A stretch of 46,207 nucleotides of DNA from the NCBI GenBank assembly GCA_050942765.1, contig JBMNNY010000001.1, forward strand, positions 1 to 46,207, read 5' to 3'. This DNA is from Bacillota bacterium. Its GTDB lineage: Bacteria > Bacillota > UBA4882. Made by a program: the position numbers and the translations under genes. Of this stretch, positions 28,285-37,808 are shown in pieces; positions within the stretch are counted from its first letter, which is position 1; the number at the start of each line of letters is the position of its first letter. Below the pieces are notes generated by a model. It ran no database searches. It was not told the origin of the DNA and worked only from the letters and a program-made list of their open reading frames with translations.

Positions 28285-31200
28285 ATGAATAAAGACAAAA
28301 TTGTTCTGCACGGGGCACGCGAGCATAATCTTAAAAATATTGATATTGAGATACCACGCGATAAAATGGTCGTCATCACAGGCCTTTCCGGGTCTGGAAA
28401 ATCATCTTTGGCATTTGACACAATCTATGCCGAAGGTCAGCGGCGCTATATTGAATCCTTGTCATCATATGCACGGCAATTTTTAGGACAGATGGACAAG
28501 CCGGATGTGGATTACATCTCCGGTCTTTCGCCATCGATTGCCATTAATCAGAAGACGACCAGCAACAACCCGCGCTCCACTGTCGGAACGGTGACCGAAA
28601 TCTATGACTATCTAAGGCTGTTATATGCACGGATCGGGATTCCGCATTGTCCGGAATGCGGGAAGGAAATACGTTCGCAGACAGTAGAGCAGATGGTGGA
28701 TCAGGTTATCACCATGCCGGAAGGCACCAGAATACAGGTGCTGGCACCGGTAGTACGTGGTCGCAAGGGTGAATATCAAAAGCTATTTGAAGATTTGCGC
28801 AAAGATGGCTATGTGCGTGCCATCGTCAATGGCGAAATGCATGAGTTGACTGATGAGATCAAGCTGGAAAAGCAAAAGAAACATGAGATCGATGTTGTAA
28901 TCGATCGCCTGGTTGTCAGACCGGATATTGCCTCGCGTTTGGCGGATTCTCTGGAAACAGCGCTACGCCTGGCCAAGGGTATTGTAGTGATTGATGTCCT
29001 TGGTGATAAAGAAGGCAAGGGCGGTTCGCAAATTATTTTCTCGGAAAACTTTGCCTGTCCAGATTGCGGCGTGAGTTTCGAGGAAATCACACCACGCATG
29101 TTTTCATTTAATAGCCCGTATGGCGCTTGTCCTTCCTGCGCAGGTCTGGGCTTCAAAATGGAAATCGACCCGGAACGCGTGATCAATCCCGAACGCTCCA
29201 TTGAAGACGGCGGTATTCTGCCGTGGAGTTCGGATCCGGGTTCCTTTTCGCTACAAATTCTGCAGGCAGTTTGCGTTCACTGTGGCATCGATTCGTCGAA
29301 ACCGCTTGGCGAGTATACCATGGAGCAACTGCAGCCGATTCTCTATGGCACCGGGAAAGATAAGGTGCATGTGGTTTACGAGAATGACGGGCGCAGATGG
29401 GAGCAGAACAACCGGTTTGAAGGGGTCATTCCAAATCTGGAGCGTCGTTATCACCAGACACAGTCGGAGTGGATGAAAGCCGAAATCGAGAAGTATATGT
29501 CCACCAAGCCCTGTCAGGAATGCGGTGGCGCGCGGTTGCGTCCGGAGAGCCTGGCGGTAAAGATTGGCGGTTTGTCAATCCGGGATGTCAGCACGTTATC
29601 GATTATAAAGTGTAAGGAATTTTTCGCAGGGCTGGAGCTGAGCGAACGCGAACGTTTCATTGCCCGCCAGATTTTGAAGGAAATCAATGAGCGACTGGGC
29701 TTCCTTATCAATGTGGGACTTGATTATCTGACACTGGACCGCATGGCAGGCACATTGTCGGGTGGCGAGGCGCAGCGTATCAGGCTGGCAACGCAGATCG
29801 GTTCCAGTCTGGTCGGTGTGTTATATATTCTGGATGAGCCAAGCATCGGACTGCATCAGCGCGACAATATCCGCCTGATCAATGCATTACATGGCTTGCG
29901 AGATTTGGGCAATACCGTAATCGTGGTCGAACATGATCAGGAGACAATGGAGTATTCGGACTATATCATCGATATTGGGCCGGGAGCCGGTACCCATGGC
30001 GGTGAAGTGGTGGTGGCCGGGACAATCGACGAGATTAAAGCCTGTGAAGCTTCCATTACGGGGCAGTACTTGTCCGGAAAGCGCAGTATTCCGGTGCCTT
30101 CGCAGCGCCGGGCCGTGGAAAAGGGCTATTTGGAGATCAAGGGTGCGCGTGAGCATAACCTGAAGAATATTGACGTCAAGATTCCACTCGGTGTTATGAC
30201 TTGTGTGACCGGAGTTTCAGGTTCCGGCAAGAGTACCTTGATTAACGGGATTCTTTATCAGAGGCTGGCGCGAGATTTGAACCGCGCGAATACTAAACCC
30301 GGCGACCACGATGATTTGATCGGCTGGAAGAATCTTGACAAGGTGATTGAAATTGATCAGTCACCGATTGGCAGGACACCGCGTTCCAATCCGGCCACTT
30401 ATACCGGGGTGTTTGATAACATTCGCGAAGTTTTCGCCCAGACGGTAGAGGCAAAGGCGCGCGGGTATACGGCCAGCCGTTTCAGCTTTAATGTCAAGGG
30501 CGGACGCTGTGAGGCCTGTCATGGAGACGGCATCAATAAGATTGAGATGCATTTCCTGCCGGACGTATATGTTCCCTGTGATGTATGCAAAGGCAAGCGG
30601 TATAACCGCGAAACACTGGAAGTCAAGTATAAGGGGAAAAACATTGCGGACGTTTTGGAAATGAGAGTGGAAGAGGCTCTGGAGTTTTTTCAGAACGTGC
30701 CGAAAATTCATCGGAAGATTCAGACCCTTTTTGATGTAGGTCTGGGCTATGTGCAGCTGGGTCAGCCTGCTACGACGCTTTCGGGTGGCGAGGCGCAGCG
30801 TGTCAAACTGGCTACTGAGTTGTCGCGACGCAGCAATGGCGGCACGATTTATATTCTCGATGAACCCACTACGGGATTGCATTTCGCAGATGTCCATAAG
30901 TTGCTGGATGTTTTGCAGGCTTTGGTGGACGCCGGCTCAACAATGGTGATTATTGAGCACAATCTCGACGTCATTAAGCAAGCCGACTATATCATCGATC
31001 TCGGCCCGGAGGGCGGCGAGCGGGGCGGTACGGTGATTGCCTGCGGGACTCCGGAGGAAGTGGCGCAGGTGGAAGCTTCGCATACCGGACGCTTTTTGCG
31101 TAAGGTGCTGCCCGACTGGGAGAGGGCGGCAGCGAAGGGGACAGCGGCTGTGCCGGCGGTGGCGAAGACAAAGGCGACAACAACTGCGACAAAAGCGGCG

Positions 31201-31326
31201 GCGACAGCGAAGGAGACGGCTGCCGCGAAGACGACAAAAGCGACCAAGAAAGAAAAGGCAACAAAAACGACCAAGACAACGAAGACGAGCGCAACAGCAG
31301 GTGCCGCGACGGGAGCGGCTAAATAG
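28285..31326 (+). CDS. uvrA: Excinuclease ABC subunit A with an atypical Ala/Thr/Lys-rich C-terminal extension
   Basis: The N-terminus is [19 protein letters not shown]. There are two ABC modules ([18 protein letters not shown]; LSGGEAQR twice) and CxxC zinc modules. Confidence 0.95.
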   Translation: MNKDKIVLHGAREHNLKNIDIEIPRDKMVVITGLSGSGKSSLAFDTIYAEGQRRYIESLSSYARQFLGQMDKPDVDYISGLSPSIAINQKTTSNNPRSTVGTVTEIYDYLRLLYARIGIPHCPECGKEIRSQTVEQMVDQVITMPEGTRIQVLAPVVRGRKGEYQKLFEDLRKDGYVRAIVNGEMHELTDEIKLEKQKKHEIDVVIDRLVVRPDIASRLADSLETALRLAKGIVVIDVLGDKEGKGGSQIIFSENFACPDCGVSFEEITPRMFSFNSPYGACPSCAGLGFKMEIDPERVINPERSIEDGGILPWSSDPGSFSLQILQAVCVHCGIDSSKPLGEYTMEQLQPILYGTGKDKVHVVYENDGRRWEQNNRFEGVIPNLERRYHQTQSEWMKAEIEKYMSTKPCQECGGARLRPESLAVKIGGLSIRDVSTLSIIKCKEFFAGLELSERERFIARQILKEINERLGFLINVGLDYLTLDRMAGTLSGGEAQRIRLATQIGSSLVGVLYILDEPSIGLHQRDNIRLINALHGLRDLGNTVIVVEHDQETMEYSDYIIDIGPGAGTHGGEVVVAGTIDEIKACEASITGQYLSGKRSIPVPSQRRAVEKGYLEIKGAREHNLKNIDVKIPLGVMTCVTGVSGSGKSTLINGILYQRLARDLNRANTKPGDHDDLIGWKNLDKVIEIDQSPIGRTPRSNPATYTGVFDNIREVFAQTVEAKARGYTASRFSFNVKGGRCEACHGDGINKIEMHFLPDVYVPCDVCKGKRYNRETLEVKYKGKNIADVLEMRVEEALEFFQNVPKIHRKIQTLFDVGLGYVQLGQPATTLSGGEAQRVKLATELSRRSNGGTIYILDEPTTGLHFADVHKLLDVLQALVDAGSTMVIIEHNLDVIKQADYIIDLGPEGGERGGTVIACGTPEEVAQVEASHTGRFLRKVLPDWERAAAKGTAAVPAVAKTKATTTATKAAATAKETAAAKTTKATKKEKATKTTKTTKTSATAGAATGAAK

Positions 31327-31361
31327 CCCCTTGATATTCGATATTTATGAACGTGAACGTG

Positions 31362-31389
31362 CGAGCGCATAGCAATGCGCTCGTTTTTT
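31362..31389 (+). terminator. Rho-independent terminator after uvrA
   Basis: The hairpin is CGAGCGCAT-AGCA-ATGCGCTCG, followed by TTTTTT. Confidence 0.85.
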
Positions 31390-31443
31390 GTGCGCCTAAA
31401 AAGGAATGGGAACGCTAAAAAAGAATGAGTGATAAAAGCAAGT

Positions 31444-31600
31444 CTGTCCCCAAACGGATCAAAATAAGCTGATTGGGGACAGTCCCCAATCGTTCAAAAT
31501 GATCCATTTGGGGACTGTCCCCAATCGGGTCAAATCGGTCCAAATAAACCTGTCCCCAATGGATGTCCCCAATGGATCGACTGTCCCCAATGGATCGATC
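31444..31600. repeat. Cluster of CTGTCCCCAAT-family palindromic repeats (second locus)
   Basis: There are eight copies of the GTCCCC/GGGGAC core in about 150 nt. Two ATTGGGGAC-(0-1 nt)-GTCCCCAAT palindromes occur near 31481 and 31515. A direct repeat GTCCCCAATGGATCGA occurs twice. The segment 31515-31560 closely matches 9128-9173. Confidence 0.85.
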
Positions 31601-31616
31601 GGTGGAGGTTGAGGCG

Positions 31617-33461
31617 ATGGTTACACAAGAAGAGCTTAGTAAGATTCCGGCGAAGCCGGGGGTCTACCTGATGAAGAATGCGGAAGGCCGCATCATTTAC
31701 GTTGGCAAGGCGGTCTCTTTGCGCAACCGTGTGCGGCAGTATTTTCAGGCGTCGCGTAACCCTGGAAAGCGCATTGAGTCGATGATTGCGCAGATTGAAT
31801 CGTTGGAATACATCGTTACGGACAGCGAAGTCGAAGCCCTAATTCTTGAGAATAACCTCATTAAGAAGCATCGTCCGCGCTATAATGTTCGTTTGCGTGA
31901 TGATAAGCAGTATCCGTTTATCCGGATCTCGATGGAGGAAGAGTATCCCAGGATTATGATTGTCCGTCGGGCCAAAAAGGATGGTTCGCGCTATTTCGGA
32001 CCCTACACCGATTCGCAAGCTGTCAGAGATACCATTGCGCTGATTCGCCGCATTTTCCCGATTCGAAATTGCGGCAGAGATATTAATCCCGGAGCGGAGG
32101 AACGTGCCTGCCTGAATTACCACATCAACCGCTGTCTGGCACCCTGTATCGGTGCTGTAACGAAGGAAGCTTACCGCGACATGATTCATCAGATTATCAT
32201 GTTCCTGGAAGGTCGCCAGGAAGAAGTGGAGCAAAAACTGGAGAAAGCGATGAACGAGGCGTCGGAAGAGCTTGCGTTTGAGCGCGCTGCCGCCTATCGC
32301 GACAGGCTGCAGGCAGTGCGTAAAGTCATTGAGAAGCAAAAAATCGTCTCAACCGTAATGGAAGACATGGATGTAATCGCATCCGCCTCGGAAAGGACAT
32401 TCAGTATCGTCCAGGTGTTCCAAATCAGGGGCGGAAAACTGATCGGGCGGGAGCATTTCTTAATGACGGAAGGGACAGAGACAACCCAGGAAGAGTTGAT
32501 CCAGGCCTTTATTAGCCAGTATTATTCCGAAGTAGCCCTCATTCCCAAAACTATTCTGACTCCTTGCCATATTGATGGTGAGGAGACAGTTACAGAGTGG
32601 CTACGGACGCTCAGAAAAGGAGCAGTCAATTTGAGTGTCCCGCAGCGCGGCGAGAAAAAAGAATTGATGCATCTGGCAGAGGAAAATGCCACCGAGCTGC
32701 TCCGACAGGCGCGCATCCAGCGTGAACAGCAGGAACGTGAAAAAGGAACAGCTCTCAGTGATTTGCAGCAAATGCTGGGCCTGGGAGTACTGCCGGATCG
32801 TATTGAAGCCTACGATATCTCCAACTTCCAGGGGAACGAGACAGTGGCTTCAATGGTTGTCTTTGAGGATGGCATCGCGCGCCCCGACCAGTATCGGAAA
32901 TTCCGGATTCGTACGGTGGAAGGACCAAATGATTTTGCATCCATGCAGGAAGTGATCCGGCGTCGTTTCAAACGCGGCCTTGAAGAAAGAAATGATGCCG
33001 TGCTGGCGCGGGAGGGCAAGTTTGCCCGCTTTCCGAGCCTGGTCTTGATTGACGGCGGCGTGGGTCAGCTGAATGCAGCCCGCGAAGTGATGGAGGAACT
33101 GGGACTGGGTCACCTGGAAACTATTGGCCTGGCTAAAAGAGAAGAAGAAGTATTTCGTCCCGGGAACCCAACTCCATTTATTCTGCCGCGCGATTCGGCG
33201 GCACTGCATCTGCTGCAGCAAGTGCGTGACGAAGCGCACCGTTTTGCGATTACTTATCACCGAAAGTTGCGTGACAAACGTACCACCCAGTCGCTGCTGG
33301 ATTCAGTGCCTGGTATCGGGCCGACCCGCAAAAAGGCGCTTATTAAGAAATTCGGCTCTTTGCGAGGAGTGCGGCTGGCAACCATTGAGGAGCTGCAGGA
33401 AGTTCCGGGCATTAGCCGTGAACTGGCAGAGGCCATTAAAGATATTGTCGGGTCCATGTAA
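31617..33461 (+). CDS. uvrC: Excinuclease ABC subunit C
   Basis: It has a GIY-YIG N-terminus (PGVYLMKN...IIYVGKA), a UVR domain (FERAAAYRDRL) and a C-terminal helix-hairpin-helix pair. GGTGGAGG lies upstream of the ATG at 31617. Confidence 0.95.
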   Translation: MVTQEELSKIPAKPGVYLMKNAEGRIIYVGKAVSLRNRVRQYFQASRNPGKRIESMIAQIESLEYIVTDSEVEALILENNLIKKHRPRYNVRLRDDKQYPFIRISMEEEYPRIMIVRRAKKDGSRYFGPYTDSQAVRDTIALIRRIFPIRNCGRDINPGAEERACLNYHINRCLAPCIGAVTKEAYRDMIHQIIMFLEGRQEEVEQKLEKAMNEASEELAFERAAAYRDRLQAVRKVIEKQKIVSTVMEDMDVIASASERTFSIVQVFQIRGGKLIGREHFLMTEGTETTQEELIQAFISQYYSEVALIPKTILTPCHIDGEETVTEWLRTLRKGAVNLSVPQRGEKKELMHLAEENATELLRQARIQREQQEREKGTALSDLQQMLGLGVLPDRIEAYDISNFQGNETVASMVVFEDGIARPDQYRKFRIRTVEGPNDFASMQEVIRRRFKRGLEERNDAVLAREGKFARFPSLVLIDGGVGQLNAAREVMEELGLGHLETIGLAKREEEVFRPGNPTPFILPRDSAALHLLQQVRDEAHRFAITYHRKLRDKRTTQSLLDSVPGIGPTRKKALIKKFGSLRGVRLATIEELQEVPGISRELAEAIKDIVGSM

Positions 33462-33534
33462 TGTCGTGTCTGGATTAGGAAGAAGCTCTGCATCAAAAAA
33501 ATTAATGCGCATATTAAATTTATTAATTATAATG

Positions 33535-33563
33535 TTGACATGTAATAACATCTTTTTTATAAT
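33535..33563 (+). promoter_or_regulatory. Consensus sigma-A-type promoter for the DUF2089 / LiaX-like cluster
   Basis: The pattern is TTGACA (33535-40), exactly 17 nt, then TATAAT (33558-63). It lies 60 nt upstream of the ATG at 33624. Confidence 0.75.
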
Positions 33564-33623
33564 GAAGCCATGGAACCTTAATTTCCATCTGCGGGGTATG
33601 CAGCAAAGGAAGGAGGTTTTTGG

Positions 33624-34007
33624 ATGCAAACCAAAATGGTGGGACGCTGCCCGATTTGTAACAATCCTTTGAAAATCACCAAGCTGGGCTGCGATAGATG
33701 CGGGATCACCCTGGAGGGCCAGTTTACCGGGTGCCGCTTCTGCCAACTGAGCAGCGAGCAGCGGACATTTGCTGAAGTGTTTATTAAATGCCGCGGCAGT
33801 ATTAAAGATGTAGAAAAAGAACTGGGGATCTCTTATCCTACGGTGCGTGGGCGGCTCGATAACCTGATCGAAGCATTGGGCTATAAAGTCGAACATGTAG
33901 TTGATGATGATGAAGTGGCTAAGAAACGCAGACAAGTTCTGGACTCCTTGTCCAAAGGCGAGATGACGCCGGAAGAAGCCATTCAATTGCTTAAAAACCG
34001 GGAATAG
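33624..34007 (+). CDS. DUF2089-family zinc-ribbon plus HTH protein (putative regulator)
   Basis: The zinc ribbon is CPICNNPL...CDRCG, followed by SSEQRTFAEVFIKCRGSIKDVEKELGISYPTVR. Confidence 0.8.
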   Translation: MQTKMVGRCPICNNPLKITKLGCDRCGITLEGQFTGCRFCQLSSEQRTFAEVFIKCRGSIKDVEKELGISYPTVRGRLDNLIEALGYKVEHVVDDDEVAKKRRQVLDSLSKGEMTPEEAIQLLKNRE

Positions 34008-34130
34008 CATGCGATGCGCATATGGCATAGTGCGCAAGGCGTACCGCATAGCGCATAAGTCATAGCAAATAGCGCATAACGCACAACGCACACCGCATAG
34101 CGCATAGCGCGCAAAGCGCATGACTGAAAT
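34005..34130. repeat. Cryptically simple CGCATAG-type tract starting at the stop codon
   Basis: The tract reads tagcatgcgatgcgcatatggcatagtgcgcaaggcgtaccgcatagcgcataagtcatagcaaatagcgcataacgcacaacgcacaccgcatagcgcatagcgcgcaaagcgcatga. Confidence 0.85.
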
Positions 34131-34171
34131 AACGTGCGATTAGTCCAATACTTATCGAAGGAGGGAACGGC

Positions 34172-35311
34172 GTGGAAGAAGAACGCCTTATGATCCTAAA
34201 GATGCTGGAAGAAGGCAAAATTACCAGCGAAGAGGCTGCTGCTTTATTTGATGCTTTGGATGATCATGCAGAAAGAGTAGTCACAATCATTCCTCCTCAG
34301 GTACATGTGCACACCGATGACGAGAACAGTGGCGAGTGTTGCGAATGCGACGCAGAAGACGCCTGGGATGAATTCAGCCGCCGCATGGAGGATTTCGGCG
34401 AAAGAGTTGGCAAAGCTGCCGAAGAATTGAGCGAAAGACTAAGCGACAAATTTTCGCGGTTGGGCGAAGAATTAGGAGAGCGTGCCTATGGCTTTTCTTT
34501 TGGGAACTGGCTGTTTGGTGCGAACTACCGATTTGATGATACCATTTCCTCCGATACGTTCGGCACTCAGGAAGGTTGCCTGGAAGTGGAATTGAGGGGC
34601 GTTAATGGCAACCTTACCATCTCCACCTGGGATGGAACCGGGATGCTGGCTGAAATACGCAAGTCGTTGCGAGCTGGCAGTGAGGAAGAGGCCATCGAAC
34701 ACAGCAAAAAAATGATTATATCCGAGATCACTCCCCAGCGTTGCTGTTTGGTGGCTCGCGATCAGCACAACGCCTCGGCCAGCATCAAGTTACATGTGCC
34801 AAAGAATCGGCAGTATAAGCTGGTAATCAGAACAACCAATGGTAACATTCGCATTAACGACATTGAGGCTCTGACAGGCGACATCGTGACAACGAACGGA
34901 AAAATTCTGTTTGGGGATTTCAAAGGTGAGACTTTGCGTTTCCACTCGACCAATGGCCGGATTAGCGGTGATTTGAGTGCAGAAGGCTGCGAGGCTACTA
35001 CCGTCAATGGTCGCATTGAAATCGAGCTTGACGGTACGCCAGGAGGCAATTATCAGCTCAGAACGACAAACGGCCGTATCGAGCTTGGTGTTCCCAGTGC
35101 ATGGCCATGTATGATCGAAGCCAGAAGCAACTGGGGTTCAATTGATATCGACCTCGACAACTTGACATATCATGAACGGACGACATCTTCCGCCGGAGGA
35201 AATAAGCGCATCAGAGCCAGCCGCACCGGTCAGGGGAATGCTTCCGAACTAAGGCTGCTAACTTCGAATGGCTCGATCAAAATTAGGAAGCGTGGTGTAT
35301 CACATGAATGA
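34172..35311 (+). CDS. LiaX/YvlB-like protein: N-terminal SHOCT-like helical domain plus DUF4097 beta-strand repeat domain
   Basis: The N-terminus is EERLMILKMLEEGKITSEEAAALFDAL. The C-terminal half has reiterated TNGxI / NGxI strands (TTNGNIRIND, TNGKILFGD, STNGRISGD, TVNGRIEIE, TTNGRIELG, SNGSIKIR). The GTG start is 6 nt after AAGGAGGG. Confidence 0.75.
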   Translation: MEEERLMILKMLEEGKITSEEAAALFDALDDHAERVVTIIPPQVHVHTDDENSGECCECDAEDAWDEFSRRMEDFGERVGKAAEELSERLSDKFSRLGEELGERAYGFSFGNWLFGANYRFDDTISSDTFGTQEGCLEVELRGVNGNLTISTWDGTGMLAEIRKSLRAGSEEEAIEHSKKMIISEITPQRCCLVARDQHNASASIKLHVPKNRQYKLVIRTTNGNIRINDIEALTGDIVTTNGKILFGDFKGETLRFHSTNGRISGDLSAEGCEATTVNGRIEIELDGTPGGNYQLRTTNGRIELGVPSAWPCMIEARSNWGSIDIDLDNLTYHERTTSSAGGNKRIRASRTGQGNASELRLLTSNGSIKIRKRGVSHE

Positions 35312-35759
35312 AGAGCGACTGAAAATTTTGGAAATGGTTAGCGCCGGCCAGATTTCCAGTGAAGAAGGAATGCGGCTTTTGGAAGCTTTGGACAGCGCTC
35401 AGGAAGCCGAAGCCGGAAAGTCAACGAGCAGAGCACTTAATGCTTACAATACGAATTCCGATAACACCCGGCCAGCAGGCGGCTCCGGCAGGGCTGGACG
35501 CATGCTGCGGATACGGATTGAGGAAGTGGATGGCTCCAAAGTTAACGTGAATGTTCCGCTTGGCCTGCTGAGGAGTCTAGGCAAACTCACCAGTCTGGTA
35601 CCGAATAATGTCAATGAAAAGCTCATTGATCAGGGGATTGATCTGGCGAATCTTGATATTGACGCAATCCTGGAGGCCATAAGCAGCGGTGTCAGTGACG
35701 GACATCTGGTCGATATTAGTGAAGCGGAAGGCAACAAGGTTTCAATTTACATCGACTAA
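35304..35759 (+). CDS. Small protein with the same SHOCT-like N-terminal domain
   Basis: MNEERLKILEMVSAGQISSEEGMRLLEAL is paralogous to the N-terminus of the preceding ORF. The start overlaps the upstream stop (ATGAATGA). Confidence 0.65.
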   Translation: MNEERLKILEMVSAGQISSEEGMRLLEALDSAQEAEAGKSTSRALNAYNTNSDNTRPAGGSGRAGRMLRIRIEEVDGSKVNVNVPLGLLRSLGKLTSLVPNNVNEKLIDQGIDLANLDIDAILEAISSGVSDGHLVDISEAEGNKVSIYID

Positions 35760-35782
35760 TCACGTAATCATGCACTGACGGA

Positions 35783-36094
35783 GTGATGGCAATGCGTCGC
35801 AATCTATTTATGATCATTGACATCAGAGACTCAGATTCGCAGAAGGGGTTCAAAATGCCGATTCCCATTTTTGTATTGGGGAATGCCCTTGAAGCAGCCG
35901 ATGATCTGATTAATTTGCTGAGCCTGTTTTTGCCGCACAAAATGAAAAAGCTGCTGAACATACATGGGCTGGAAATCCCCAATCTGGTGGGAGCGGCCTT
36001 TGCAGCCATAGAAGAAATTCGTGAATGTGGCAGTTTTATGCTGGTTGAGGTGCAGGATGCGAATGGCGCAGGTGTTCGCATTCGGCTAATTTGA
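35783..36094 (+). CDS. Hypothetical protein
   Basis: It is an ORF in operon context with an ambiguous start (GTG 35783, ATG 35786 or ATG 35792). I recognise no motif. Confidence 0.4.
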   Translation: MMAMRRNLFMIIDIRDSDSQKGFKMPIPIFVLGNALEAADDLINLLSLFLPHKMKKLLNIHGLEIPNLVGAAFAAIEEIRECGSFMLVEVQDANGAGVRIRLI

Positions 36095-36207
36095 TCACAT
36101 TTGAATCGCGACAACAATCGTAATTACAATCGCAATTGGAAATACAATCAGAATTTATTTGAATCAATTTTAGCCTAATTACGTACTATTATTGGGAGGT
36201 TGTTGAC

Positions 36208-36363
36208 ATGGCTTTACGGAAGCGATTTGGCGGGGCATTGGTGCTGATTTCGCTGGGCGTCTTTTTCTTGCTGATCAATTTTAATGTGATTCCGTGGGAC
36301 CTCAAGAAACTCTGGCCGATCATTTTAATCGTACTAGGAATTGCGGACCTATTTGGACGCTAA
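36208..36363 (+). CDS. 51-aa two-TM membrane protein (LiaF/LiaI-like TM region, DUF5668-like); absent from the supplied ORF track
   Basis: The ATG at 36208 is 8 nt after GGGAGG. The product is MALRKRFGGALVLISLGVFFLLINFNVIPWDLKKLWPIILIVLGIADLFGR, ending at TAA 36361-36363. Confidence 0.6.
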   Translation: MALRKRFGGALVLISLGVFFLLINFNVIPWDLKKLWPIILIVLGIADLFGR

Positions 36364-36393
36364 AATATTATTGTTAGAAAGGGGGGCCGCGAA

Positions 36394-36762
36394 ATGGTGT
36401 TAAGAAGATGGATCATACGCTGGGTGGGCTATTTGCTTGGCTTACTAGTTGTTGCCAATGTAGCCCCGGAGGTGGTGCGTTTTGCGGAACCCAGTTTGGT
36501 AGTACCGGCGGCACTGATTATGATGCTAGTCGATGTTACGCTTAAGCCGTTACTATATCTGATTGCACTACCTTTTAGCCTGATTACCATGGGAGTCTTT
36601 TCGATTTGCATTAATGCATGGATGCTGATGCTCAGCGCCGGCTTATTGCCCGGATTCGAAATTTCGAGTTTCTGGGGTGCGCTGCTGGCCTCCCTGCTGA
36701 TCTTGCTGATCAGTCGTATTGTTCGGTCCTTGTTCCGGTTGGAAAAGATCGAAGTCAGCTAA
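36394..36762 (+). CDS. Holin-4_2 / DUF360 family membrane protein (YvlD/LiaZ-like)
   Basis: It is 122 aa with 4 hydrophobic segments, follows a YvlB-like gene, and has AAGGGGGG upstream. Confidence 0.65.
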   Translation: MVLRRWIIRWVGYLLGLLVVANVAPEVVRFAEPSLVVPAALIMMLVDVTLKPLLYLIALPFSLITMGVFSICINAWMLMLSAGLLPGFEISSFWGALLASLLILLISRIVRSLFRLEKIEVS

Positions 36763-36783
36763 TACCGGGCTCCTGCTTAATTC

Positions 36784-36825
36784 CTCCCCTCTTACTGGGC
36801 CGTAAGGGGGGAGGGTTATTATTTC
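36784..36825 (+). terminator. Rho-independent terminator of the LiaX-like cluster
   Basis: CCTCCCCTCTTAC pairs with GTAAGGGGGGAGG (13 bp with one G-T wobble), followed by GTTATTATTT. Confidence 0.75.
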
Positions 36826-36889
36826 TGGAGGAGAATTACTTATGAGATCGAAATAGTACCTATAGGGTAGAAAATAGCAGTATGTGGCA

Positions 36890-36930
36890 CGCATAGACGA
36901 AACAGATCGTGATGCGCATAGACGAAACAG
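36890..36930. repeat. 16-nt direct repeat CGCATAGACGAAACAG x2 (25-nt period), followed by ACGTGGC(G)CAC x2
   Basis: Read directly from the sequence: 36890-36905 is identical to 36915-36930. Confidence 0.9.
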
Positions 36931-36994
36931 GACGTGGCGCACAACGTGGCACACGTAGAACGAATTAAAGCAAGACACGCAACGGAGGGGCAGT

Positions 36995-37801
36995 ATGCCG
37001 TTCTATCAACTCGTGGCAATGGATCTGGACGGAACTTTATTGACAAGTGACACCAAAATAACTCCGCGCACCCGGAAAGCTTTGCAGGACTGTGCGGACT
37101 CCGGGGTCAAAGTTGTCTTTGCTTCGGGCAGAATGCTCGGCTCAATTGCCAAAGTCGCTGATCAGGCATCATATTTGTCAGGAGTCATTGCCTATAATGG
37201 CGCGTTGATTGCGGAATGGCCCTCCAGAAGTATTGTGCGCGAGACACCAATTCCCGGCATCTTGGCGCGCCGTCTAGTGACGGATTTGAAAAAGAGCGGC
37301 GTGCATATCAATGTTTATCTTAATGACACCCTCTATATTGAAGAGCTTAATGAAGCAGCCCGTAATTATTGTAGAAATACAGCTGTTGAACCTTCCATAG
37401 CCAACTTCGATGAACTGCTCAACCGCAGAGCAGCGAATCCCACGAAAATTCTTATTATCGGAAAGCCGGAAGAGCTCGATGTTATGGCAGAAGAATATCG
37501 CGCAGGCTATCCGGAATTGCATGTTACCAAATCACGGCCTCATTTTCTGGAATTCACGGTTTCAGGTATCAACAAAGGAACAGCCCTTAAAGAGCTTGCA
37601 GAACTGCTGGGGATCGCTCGCGAGCGAGTTGTCGCTATCGGAGATGCCCCAAATGATCTGGATATGATCAAGTATGCTGGCATGGGGGTCGCGGTCGGCA
37701 ACTCTTTTGAACAGGTGAAAGCAGAAGCTGATCTTATAGCTCCTTCCAATGATGAGGAAGGTGTAGCCTGGGTGATTGAGCGATATATTCAGAGAGGGTG
37801 A
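36995..37801 (+). CDS. Cof-type HAD-IIB family hydrolase (sugar phosphatase-like)
   Basis: Motif I is VAMDLDGTLL, the C-terminal motif is GDAPNDLDM, and the ~268-aa length is typical. Confidence 0.85.
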   Translation: MPFYQLVAMDLDGTLLTSDTKITPRTRKALQDCADSGVKVVFASGRMLGSIAKVADQASYLSGVIAYNGALIAEWPSRSIVRETPIPGILARRLVTDLKKSGVHINVYLNDTLYIEELNEAARNYCRNTAVEPSIANFDELLNRRAANPTKILIIGKPEELDVMAEEYRAGYPELHVTKSRPHFLEFTVSGINKGTALKELAELLGIARERVVAIGDAPNDLDMIKYAGMGVAVGNSFEQVKAEADLIAPSNDEEGVAWVIERYIQRG

Positions 37802-37808
37802 CCAAGCC

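Noticed and set aside
31444-31600. Possible CRISPR array, considered for both the GTCCCCAAT cluster and the 40849-40985 array.
   Set aside because: The repeats are too short and irregularly spaced with mixed orientation, or, at 40849, directly tandem with no spacers. There are no cas genes in the window.
31563-31616. N-terminal extension of uvrC (MSPMDRLSPMDRSVEVEA) suggested by the ORF track.
   Set aside because: It is produced by the GTCCCCAATGGATCGA direct repeats. A good RBS (GGTGGAGG) precedes the ATG at 31617, and the canonical GIY-YIG N-terminus starts there.
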